NCBI RefSeq assembly: GCF_020969955.1 | Contig: NZ_JAHDSX010000002.1 | Location: 60,001 to 92,000 of the forward strand | Reading direction: 5' to 3' | DNA length: 32,000 nucleotides | Source: Allobaculum fili | GTDB taxonomy: Bacteria > Bacillota_I > Bacilli_A > Erysipelotrichales > Erysipelotrichaceae | Shown: one piece after another, positions 24,361 through 32,000 of the stretch | How positions within the stretch are numbered: the stretch's first letter is position 1 | Layout: each line of letters opens with the position of its first letter | The notes under the pieces: model-generated | What the model saw: the letters and a program-made list of their open reading frames with translations, nothing else | Database searches by the model: none | Told to the model about the DNA's origin: nothing | Position numbers and translations under genes: made by a program

Positions 24361-26269
24361 GCTGTTCATCGACATCGAGACCTCTTCTACGACCGACTTA
24401 TCCAAAGCGGGCGTTTACCGCTATGCAGAGAGCGAGGATTTCCAGATCCTGCTCTTTGCATTTTCCTTTGATGGTGATCCTGTGGATGTGATCGACATGA
24501 GGCACTTTGAAGCACTGCCTGATTTTCTAATCGAAGCCATTCTCGATCCGGATGTGACCAAAGTGGCGCATAATGCGGCGTTTGAAAGAATCTGCCTCTC
24601 CCGGTATTTTCGCGATCTTGGAATGCTTGACGAATACGAGTTTCTTGACCCGGAAGACTGGCAATGCTCTATGGTACACGCAGCAACACTTGGACTACCG
24701 CTTTCTCTTGACCAGCTCTCTGAGGTTCTTCAGCTGGAACGACCAAAGCTCAAGGAAGGCAGAGCGCTGATCAAAATGTTCTGCAATGGTCCTGTTGAAA
24801 ATGAAGATCCAGCAAAGTGGAGTCTGTTCAAGGAATACAACAGACGCGATGTGGAAGCAGAAATTGAGATCGAACGACGGTTGATAAAGTTTCCGGTCAG
24901 AGCGTCTATATGGACGGAGTACCAATTGGATCAACGAATCAACGATGCTGGTGTTCTGGTCGATATCAATCTTGCCAAAAATGCTCTGGAAATTAGTGAG
25001 ACAGCCAAAGAATCGCTGCTCAAACGTCTTCAGGAAATGACCGGATTGGAGAATCCAAACTCACCCTCACAGATGAAAGAGTGGCTTTTGCAGCAGAATC
25101 TGCCAACAGACACTCTCAACCAGAAAGCCATGAAGGTACTAATGGAGAAAGCCTCTAACAATATACGAACCGTTCTTGCTCTTCGTAACCAGCTGGCTAT
25201 GGCCTCGGTTAAGAAGTATGAAGCCATGCTCAACTCGGCTTGTTCGGACGGACGAATTCGCGGGATGTTTCAATTCTACGGAGCCATTCGCACAGGCAGA
25301 TATTCCGGAAGAATTGTGCAGCTCCAGAACCTCCCCAGGAACAAAATGCCGGATCTCAAAGAAGCAAGAAGTCTTGTTGCCGATAAGAATATACAAGCTT
25401 TGGAAATGCTGTATGACGATATTCCCGACACGCTTTCTCAACTCATCAGAACAGCTCTTGTTGCTCCTGATGGAAAAGACTTCATCGTCGCTGACTTCTC
25501 CGCTATCGAGGCCAGAGTTCTTTCCTGGCTGGCAGAAGAAGAATGGCGCCAGGCAGTCTTCAAAGAGAACGGCGACATCTATTGCGAAACGGCCAGCCGA
25601 ATGTTCAAGGTTCCCGTCGTCAAACACGGTGTGAACGGTGATCTCAGACAGAAAGGTAAACAAGCAGAATTGGCCTGTGGCTATGGTGGCTCAGTAGGAG
25701 CCATGAAAGCCATGGGTGCATTGGATTTCGGAATGAAGGAAGAAGAACTCAAACCACTGGTTGATTCCTGGCGTGAAGCCAATCCGAAGATCGTGAAGTA
25801 TTGGTGGGCAGTTGATGCTGCCATCAAGAAAGCGATCAGGACCAAACAACCGGTGTTTCTAAAGAACCTGGTCTTCTCTCATTCGTCTGGCATCCTCTTC
25901 ATTCAGCTTCCTTCTGGCAGGTCACTGGCTTACCCAAAACCCAGGATCGAGAGCAATGAATATGGAACAGAATCGGTGACGTACATGGGGCTAGGTTTAA
26001 ACAAGAAATGGGAGAGGCTGGAAAGCTATGGTCCGAAGTTTGTCGAAAACATCACCCAGGCTATCTCAAGAGATCTTCTCATGAATGCCATGAGCAACTG
26101 TCAAAAATACAAAATCGTCGCTCATGTCCACGATGAAATCATCGTGGAGGCAGATCCCAGCATGAACGCTGAAACGGTCTGCCAGAAGATGTGTGAGCTG
26201 CCATCATGGGCAAACGGTCTGGTGCTCAATGCCGAAGGGTACAGAACTCCCTTCTATTGCAAAGATTAG
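24344..26269 (+). CDS. Family A DNA polymerase with N-terminal 3'-5' exonuclease domain
   Basis: Exo I is LFIDIETSS. Pol motif A is VADFSAIEARVLSW, motif B is RQKGKQAELACGYGGS and motif C is AHVHDEIIVE. ATG 24344 is chosen because GAGGA lies 8 nt upstream. The 24230 start would overlap the preceding gene by 130 nt. Confidence 0.93.
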   Translation: MTSSRRLFIDIETSSTTDLSKAGVYRYAESEDFQILLFAFSFDGDPVDVIDMRHFEALPDFLIEAILDPDVTKVAHNAAFERICLSRYFRDLGMLDEYEFLDPEDWQCSMVHAATLGLPLSLDQLSEVLQLERPKLKEGRALIKMFCNGPVENEDPAKWSLFKEYNRRDVEAEIEIERRLIKFPVRASIWTEYQLDQRINDAGVLVDINLAKNALEISETAKESLLKRLQEMTGLENPNSPSQMKEWLLQQNLPTDTLNQKAMKVLMEKASNNIRTVLALRNQLAMASVKKYEAMLNSACSDGRIRGMFQFYGAIRTGRYSGRIVQLQNLPRNKMPDLKEARSLVADKNIQALEMLYDDIPDTLSQLIRTALVAPDGKDFIVADFSAIEARVLSWLAEEEWRQAVFKENGDIYCETASRMFKVPVVKHGVNGDLRQKGKQAELACGYGGSVGAMKAMGALDFGMKEEELKPLVDSWREANPKIVKYWWAVDAAIKKAIRTKQPVFLKNLVFSHSSGILFIQLPSGRSLAYPKPRIESNEYGTESVTYMGLGLNKKWERLESYGPKFVENITQAISRDLLMNAMSNCQKYKIVAHVHDEIIVEADPSMNAETVCQKMCELPSWANGLVLNAEGYRTPFYCKD

Positions 26270-26278
26270 GAGAACAAC

Positions 26279-26686
26279 ATGGTCAGCAAGGAAAACAAGA
26301 AAACCATCATTGAAATGCGAAAAGCAAACAAAAGCTACGACTACATCGCCAGCCAGCTTAGTCTGACAAAGTCTGCTGTCCAAAACGTATGCAGACAGGC
26401 AGGGCTTGCGGGAAAGAAAGCCAAGCAGCGGAAAAGATGCAAACAGTGCGGAGCTCTTCTTCCTGAGGATGCTCCCAAAAGAAAGATCTTCTGTTGTCAG
26501 AAATGCCGTGAAGACTGGTGGAACAAGCATCAGCATCTGGTCCATAAACGAAATCCAGTCATCACCTACTGCAAAACTTGTGGCAATCCCATCGAGAATT
26601 ACAAGAGCTATCAGAAGCAATATTGCAATTCCCATTGCTTCCACATGGGCAAATTCGGTCGCGACAAAGCCGTAAATTTGAAGTAA
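26279..26686 (+). CDS. HTH (sigma-70 region 4 / resolvase-HTH-like) plus double zinc-ribbon protein; possible recombination or regulatory accessory factor
   Basis: The HTH is KSYDYIASQLSLTKSAVQNVCRQ. Cys pairs are CKQCG...CCQKC and CKTCG...CNSHC. It lies directly upstream of the recombinases. Confidence 0.65.
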   Translation: MVSKENKKTIIEMRKANKSYDYIASQLSLTKSAVQNVCRQAGLAGKKAKQRKRCKQCGALLPEDAPKRKIFCCQKCREDWWNKHQHLVHKRNPVITYCKTCGNPIENYKSYQKQYCNSHCFHMGKFGRDKAVNLK

Positions 26687-26756
26687 TCCTAACGTCGAAT
26701 TTACTGGATAATACGGCCTTTCAGAGTGATATATGGACCAACGAAAGGAGATCCAC

Positions 26757-27953
26757 ATGATCAAACAACTGAAACGGGTCGCAGCCTATTGCAGAGTTTC
26801 GGTGGAATCCGAGTTGATGCAGTCTTCCATTACAAATCAGATCGCCCACTTCACCAACAAGATCAATGACAATCCGCTCTGGCAAAACGCAGGTGTGTTT
26901 GCAGACTACGGCATCAGCGGTACCAACACAAAGAAGCGGCCTCAATTCAACCGGATGATTGCATTGGCCTTGCAAGGCAAGATTGATCTGATTCTGGCCA
27001 AGTCTATCCAACGATTCGCCAGGAACACCGTCGACCTTTTGGCAACCATCCGCCAGCTGAAAGAACACAACGTGGAGGTGTTTTTTGAGAAAGAAAACAT
27101 CTCCACGTTCAGCCATGATGGAGAATTCATGCTATCCATCATGGCTTCTTTTGCCCAGGAGGAAAGCCGAAGCATATCCGACAACATCCGCTGGGGTATT
27201 AAGAAGCGCTTTGAACAAGGCATTCCAAACGGACGAAATCCAGTCTTTGGTTACGACTGGAAAGGTGATGATCTGATCGTGAATGAGACCGAAGGCTGGA
27301 TCGTCACAAAGATGTTTCAAGATTATGCCGACGGAATGCGGGTTCGAGACATTCAGGAATGGATGAATCAGACCGGAGTGAAGACCCGGAAAGGCAATGG
27401 CTTCATGCCTGCAACGATCAAAGCCATGCTTGCTAACCCAACCTATACTGGAGTGCTGCTGCTTTGCAAAGAATACGTCGGTGATCCGATTCTGCATGAT
27501 AGGCATAAGAACCAGGGAGAGCTGCCGCAGTACCTGGTCGAAGACCATCACGAACCGCTGGTGGATGAAGAGACCTGGACAAGAGCGCAAGAACGGACCG
27601 AACAAAACCGGCGTTCAAATATGAACCGAAAAACGGTCAATGCTTTTACCGGAAAACTGAGATGCAAAGAATGCGGACGAAACTTCCAGCGAATTATCCA
27701 GCACTACAAAGAACGAAGTTACATCTATTGGCAGTGTTACACAAAACGCTGCCAGCTAGGTGAATGCCATTCCTTGAATCTTGATGAAGAGACTCTAGAA
27801 CAGATCGCTACCAAAATGCTGGAAATGAAAAAGTTCGATCCCACCATTTTTCGACAACAAGTCGAAGTCATCGAAGTCGAACCAGACGGAACCTTGGAGT
27901 TCCACTTTACAGATGGAAGGAGAAAGACATGCAAGTACGAAAAATCCCAGTAA
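26757..27953 (+). CDS. Large serine recombinase 1 (short form, about 398 aa)
   Basis: The catalytic region is VAAYCRVSVESE...ILAKSIQRFARNTVD...SFAQEESRSISDNIRWG. It also has a recombinase domain and a zinc ribbon CKECG...CYTKRCQLGEC. AAAGGAG RBS lies before ATG 26757. Confidence 0.92.
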   Translation: MIKQLKRVAAYCRVSVESELMQSSITNQIAHFTNKINDNPLWQNAGVFADYGISGTNTKKRPQFNRMIALALQGKIDLILAKSIQRFARNTVDLLATIRQLKEHNVEVFFEKENISTFSHDGEFMLSIMASFAQEESRSISDNIRWGIKKRFEQGIPNGRNPVFGYDWKGDDLIVNETEGWIVTKMFQDYADGMRVRDIQEWMNQTGVKTRKGNGFMPATIKAMLANPTYTGVLLLCKEYVGDPILHDRHKNQGELPQYLVEDHHEPLVDEETWTRAQERTEQNRRSNMNRKTVNAFTGKLRCKECGRNFQRIIQHYKERSYIYWQCYTKRCQLGECHSLNLDEETLEQIATKMLEMKKFDPTIFRQQVEVIEVEPDGTLEFHFTDGRRKTCKYEKSQ

Positions 27954-29503
27954 CCAGAACGATGGCCAGAGTTCAGCCAATCATCGCCAGAAAGAACGTA
28001 GCCGCCTATGCCAGGGTTTCTACCGACCGGGATGAGCAGCAGACCAGCTATGAAACCCAGGTTTCCTACTATGAGAACATGATCCGCGAACGAGCGGATT
28101 GGAACTTCGTGAACGTCTATACCGATGAAGGCATCAGCGGAACCAGCACAGCCCACCGTGAAGGCTTCAAGCAGATGATCCAGGACGCACTGGACCACAA
28201 GATCGACTTGATCATCACCAAGTCCGTCAGTCGGTTTGCCAGAAACACGGTTGACTCACTGACAACCATTCGGGAACTCAAAGAACACGGCGTGGAGGTC
28301 TACTTCGAAAAAGAGAACATCTGGACCTTCGATGGCAAAGGAGAACTGCTGCTGACGATCATGTCCTCCCTGGCGCAGGAAGAAAGCCGCAGCATCTCCG
28401 AAAACGTGAAGTGGGGTGTCCGGAAGAAATACGAAGAAGGCTCCTACCGCATCCCCTACGGAAACCTCATGGGCTATACAAGAGCTGAAGACGGTGGTGT
28501 CATGATCGTTGAAGAAGAAGCCAAGATTGTCCGGTTGATCTTCAAGATGTTTCTGGAAGGCAGTACCTACACGGACATCAAGAACTACCTGGAAAGCCAG
28601 CACATCAAGACCAAGTTTGGTCGAGATAAATGGGATATCCGAGTGATCAAGCAAATGTTGATGAACGAGAAATACAAAGGTGACCTGCTTCTCCAGAAAG
28701 TCTACACGCCAGACTTTATCACCAAGAAGCAGGTCAAGAACAAGGGCGCCATTCCTTCCTATTACATCACCAACTCCCATCAGGGAATCATCAGGGTGGA
28801 GGACTTCGACAAAGTCCAGAAGATGATCAAGGACCGTAAATACAGGTTTGGTAAAGAGCGACTCGGCTGCCATACACCATACCCATTCAGCCACCGAGTT
28901 CAATGCGCTATCTGCAAGTCCTGGTATACCAGAAGTGTTACCACCCGGTCGAACGGAAAGAAAGTGCCAGTGTGGTTATGCTGGAAGAACAAGTATGAAA
29001 GCGAGCAGCGTTGCCCATCACATCAGGTGATGGAGACTGTGTTGGAAGAAGAGTTTGTGATGGCGGTAAACGAATTGCTCCAGGACAAGCAAAGCATCCT
29101 CGATGAATGGAGCGAGAAGTTCAATACCACCTACAACATTGACAAGCTCCAAACCAAAGCCGATCGCATCCAGACAAGGATGGAGAAAATCGCTGAGAAA
29201 GCCGAGAAGCTGATCGAACAAACACCTACCAACTTCAACGAAGCCTACAACCAGCTGCTGATTGAATACGAGCAGCTTGATAAAGACCACGCAAAGCTGG
29301 CAGCCAAAATCAGGGATCTGCAATACGAAGGCGAACGAACACAACATTACCTAGAACTTCTTCAGAAACTTGACCACGTGTACGCGTTCGATGGCGATCT
29401 GGTCAGAGCGATGGTCGACAAGGTGATGGTGTACAAGAACCGGACGCTGATGTATTGCTTTGTAGGCGGTCGGAAGATCAAGCGAGAACCGGTGAAGAAG
29501 TGA
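27929..29503 (+). CDS. Large serine recombinase 2 (524 aa, with C-terminal coiled coil)
   Basis: The catalytic region is VAAYARVSTDRDEQ...IITKSVSRFARNTVD...SLAQEESRSISENVKWG. It also has a zinc ribbon CAICKSW...CWKNKYESEQRCPSH and a long coiled coil. It overlaps recombinase 1 by 25 nt and has a GGAAGGAG RBS. Confidence 0.93.
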   Translation: MQVRKIPVTRTMARVQPIIARKNVAAYARVSTDRDEQQTSYETQVSYYENMIRERADWNFVNVYTDEGISGTSTAHREGFKQMIQDALDHKIDLIITKSVSRFARNTVDSLTTIRELKEHGVEVYFEKENIWTFDGKGELLLTIMSSLAQEESRSISENVKWGVRKKYEEGSYRIPYGNLMGYTRAEDGGVMIVEEEAKIVRLIFKMFLEGSTYTDIKNYLESQHIKTKFGRDKWDIRVIKQMLMNEKYKGDLLLQKVYTPDFITKKQVKNKGAIPSYYITNSHQGIIRVEDFDKVQKMIKDRKYRFGKERLGCHTPYPFSHRVQCAICKSWYTRSVTTRSNGKKVPVWLCWKNKYESEQRCPSHQVMETVLEEEFVMAVNELLQDKQSILDEWSEKFNTTYNIDKLQTKADRIQTRMEKIAEKAEKLIEQTPTNFNEAYNQLLIEYEQLDKDHAKLAAKIRDLQYEGERTQHYLELLQKLDHVYAFDGDLVRAMVDKVMVYKNRTLMYCFVGGRKIKREPVKK

Positions 29504-29513
29504 GAAACGCAGA

Positions 29514-29551
29514 AAAGGGCTGGCTCCATGTGAGGGTGGAGTCAGTCCTTT
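29514..29551 (+). terminator. Terminator-like hairpin after the recombinase operon
   Basis: A 14-bp stem AAAGGGCTGGCTCC / GGAGTCAGTCCTTT (2 G-U pairs) with a 10-nt loop. The T-tract is weak (TTTGGTCGTTATTT). Confidence 0.4.
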
Positions 29552-29631
29552 GGTCGTTATTTCACAAAATCCATCAGCCATTCTTTCCTGTTAAAGAGGA
29601 AGAACACCAATAGTATTTCTACTGCACTGGC

Positions 29632-32000
29632 TTACAAATCTTGCGACAGATTGTTCGCCATTAGTTCTGCCTGAGAAAGAACCAGCTCAATCGCACCAGG
29701 GATTTCTTCAGGAGGATAATGATACTTCCTCAAAAGGCGTCTAATATTTTTGCGGATTCCGGCTCTGGCACTTTCTTTGCGTTGCCAGTCAATCGAGACA
29801 CTATGCCGAAGAATATCCGTGAGCTCTTTTGCAATTTGTACCAGCTGATCGTTTTCATAAAAGTCTTTAACCGCTTCCGGCTTGCAGAGAGCATCATAGA
29901 AAGCAACTTCTTCAACAGATAAGCCCAGATCATTTCCAGCCTGACTGGCATTCCGGATATCTTTAGCCATCCGCATCAATTCCTCAATCACTTCTTCATT
30001 CGTTATCAAACCATTCACATAGGAATTTAACGCCTTCTTCAAGCGATCAGAAAACTCTTCTGACTTAACAACATTAGTTCTTTTAAAGCCACGGATTTCA
30101 TCATTCAGTAGTCTTTTCAGAAGTTCCAGGGATAGATTTTTTTCCTTCATATTTCTGATTTCCTCTAAGAAGTCAGTATCAAAAAGTGAAAATTCTTTCT
30201 CGTGATCTGAGAAAAGGCTTATCACGCCATCACTCTTAATCGTCTGTTTCAGAAGTTCATTAATTTGAGCATTCACTTCTTTCAAAGACAGCCTGCCCGA
30301 AGCACCAGAAGTCGAAATCCGATTTAAAAGCGTTTTTACAGCGATAAAATAACCCGCTTCTCTTTGTTGTTCATCATCAACCAAACTGCTGCACAGGGAA
30401 AGAGACTGCTTCAAGCGCTGGGCTTCCTTGATAAACTTGAACTGTGCTCTTTCTTTTTCTGGAATATTCATTTCTTGATGGGTTAAATCCATGATGTAAT
30501 TCACCCCACCTGTGATTGCTCTTCCTTTTTCCAAATCCGTACCTTGCAAAAAGGACTTATAGTCGTACCCTTTGAATAAGTCTCTACAGCCGAATAGAGC
30601 CTCTTCAAATATTGGAAGTGCCTTTTTCTTAATATCTGGGTCACCAAAGTTCTTCTGGTCGCTCTTGGTATAGTCCTTCATTGCTTGCTTTAATGCGGAA
30701 GCAATACCGATATAATCGACTACAAGTCCGCCCTCTTTATCCCCGAACACACGATTCACTCTGGCAATCGCCTGCATCAGGTTATGACCGCTCATTGGTT
30801 TAAAAACATACATAGTAGCCAAAGATGGAACATCAAAACCCGTCAGCCACATGTCACGAACAATCGCAATCTTGAAATCAGACTCGTTATCTTTGAATTC
30901 TTTTGCTAAATCTGCTCGATACTTATCCGTGCCTGTATATTCGTGCCACTCTTCTGGATCTTTATTACTTCCAGTCATTACAATCTTGACTTTTTTATCC
31001 CAGGTAGGTTCCAGCTCTAGCATCTTATGGTAAAGCTTCACGGCAATTTCTCTGGAGTAAGCAACGATCAGTGCTTTCCCAGTCAATAAATTTTCACGAT
31101 TTTCTTTGTAGTGAGTAATTATATCTCTCGCTAGAGAGTCAATCGTTTCATCGCTACCAAGAATCGCCTCCATATTGCTTAGTTCTTTTTTACTTTTATC
31201 AATTGTGATCTCATCTGCCTCAGCAGCCAACATATCGTAAGTGTTATCGATTCTTCGAAGAGTCTCTTCATCGAGCTTCAGCTTCATAACCCGGCTTTCA
31301 TAGTAAACCGGTCTGGTTGCACCATCTTCAACAGCCTGAGTCATGTCGTAGATATCGATATAATCGCCAAACACAGCTCTCGTGTCTTTATCTTCAGAAT
31401 CAATTGGAGTTCCGGTGAAACCAATGTAGGTCGCATTTGGAAGACTATCACGGACCTTCTTAGCTGCTCCGATTACAGTTTTAGCGAGAATATTCCCATA
31501 CTGATCCTTGGTTGTTACAAATTTTTCTGTTAGTCCATACTGACTTCGGTGTGCCTCATCTGCCATAACGATAATATTCTTCCGTTTAGATAAGGCACCC
31601 CATTCATCCTCGAATTTTGCCATAATGGTGAAGATGATTCCGCCACTTTGTCTGTTATTTAAAAGCTCATACAGATTGTCTCTGGAGGTAGCTTGAACAG
31701 GCGTTTGACGCAGGAACTTATGACAATCCGAGAAAGTCTTGAATAGTTGATCGTCAAGATCGCGGCGATCAGTAAGGACAACAAAAGTTGGATCATCCAT
31801 TTGCTGGTCTAATAAATGAGTATAGAAAACCATAGACAGCGACTTACCGCTGCCTTGAGTATGCCAAAACACTCCTCCTCGTCCGTCTGTTTTTGAAGCC
31901 AGCATTGTAGAATGAACGGCTTTCTCAACAGCAAAATACTGATGATATCCAGCTAGAATCTTGATTAACCGACCACCAGGCGTCATGAATAAAATGAAGT
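29632..32000 (-). CDS. hsdR: Type I restriction enzyme R subunit (partial; the N-terminal region lies beyond the window)
   Basis: Helicase motifs are WHTQGSGKS (I), MADEAHRSQ (II, DEAH), FTGTP (III) and QAIARVNR (VI). The C-terminal tail ...[11 protein letters not shown]... is typical of HsdR. The frame stays open upstream of the listed Met to the window edge. Confidence 0.93.
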   Translation of the reverse strand, partial: FILFMTPGGRLIKILAGYHQYFAVEKAVHSTMLASKTDGRGGVFWHTQGSGKSLSMVFYTHLLDQQMDDPTFVVLTDRRDLDDQLFKTFSDCHKFLRQTPVQATSRDNLYELLNNRQSGGIIFTIMAKFEDEWGALSKRKNIIVMADEAHRSQYGLTEKFVTTKDQYGNILAKTVIGAAKKVRDSLPNATYIGFTGTPIDSEDKDTRAVFGDYIDIYDMTQAVEDGATRPVYYESRVMKLKLDEETLRRIDNTYDMLAAEADEITIDKSKKELSNMEAILGSDETIDSLARDIITHYKENRENLLTGKALIVAYSREIAVKLYHKMLELEPTWDKKVKIVMTGSNKDPEEWHEYTGTDKYRADLAKEFKDNESDFKIAIVRDMWLTGFDVPSLATMYVFKPMSGHNLMQAIARVNRVFGDKEGGLVVDYIGIASALKQAMKDYTKSDQKNFGDPDIKKKALPIFEEALFGCRDLFKGYDYKSFLQGTDLEKGRAITGGVNYIMDLTHQEMNIPEKERAQFKFIKEAQRLKQSLSLCSSLVDDEQQREAGYFIAVKTLLNRISTSGASGRLSLKEVNAQINELLKQTIKSDGVISLFSDHEKEFSLFDTDFLEEIRNMKEKNLSLELLKRLLNDEIRGFKRTNVVKSEEFSDRLKKALNSYVNGLITNEEVIEELMRMAKDIRNASQAGNDLGLSVEEVAFYDALCKPEAVKDFYENDQLVQIAKELTDILRHSVSIDWQRKESARAGIRKNIRRLLRKYHYPPEEIPGAIELVLSQAELMANNLSQDL

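Noticed and set aside
29632-32000. hsdR as a phage-encoded restriction gene forming a system with the T5orf172 protein
   Set aside because: hsdR lies beyond the recombinases and the terminator that mark the element end. It converges on them and is about 7 kb from the T5orf172 gene. Linkage cannot be supported from this window and is mentioned only as context.

Overview
Positions 1 to about 29550 are one arm of a temperate siphovirus-type prophage from a Gram-positive host. Supporting signs are strong GGAGG-type RBSs, an Amidase_2 plus Cpl-7/CW_7 endolysin, and large serine recombinases. The prophage ends beside a type I restriction hsdR gene (29632-32000, minus strand) that runs off the window and is probably host DNA.

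Gene order on the + strand:
- a terminator-bracketed small ORF;
- the large terminase, interrupted in its Walker A loop by a 338-aa intein;
- a three-ORF accessory cassette wedged between terL and portal;
- portal, ClpP-like prohead protease, HK97-fold major capsid, and head-tail connector genes;
- a 95-bp non-coding tandem repeat;
- tail genes: gp10-like protein, major tail protein, G/T chaperone with a canonical -1 frameshift signal, tape measure, Dit, Tal, and a repeat-containing fibre/RBP;
- a possible GT-A-like protein and a small CBM-like protein;
- holin, a second lysis-module membrane protein, and the endolysin.

A terminator-insulated two-gene module then lies on the minus strand. It encodes a T5orf172/GIY-YIG plus DUF4357 protein and a tiny 2-TM protein. 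After it comes an early/replication block (small conserved protein, DUF2800 Cas4-like nuclease, DUF2815, family A DNA polymerase), then an HTH/zinc-ribbon protein and two overlapping large serine recombinases at the element end.

No rRNA, tRNA or CRISPR array was seen. Candidates worth a second look:
- the antisense T5orf172-DUF4357 module;
- the 95-bp repeat array;
- the terL-portal accessory cassette;
- the class-3-type terminase intein;
- the tandem recombinases.

All calls rest on reading the sequence and ORF translations and on remembered family motifs. No searches, GC calculations or folding calculations were run.
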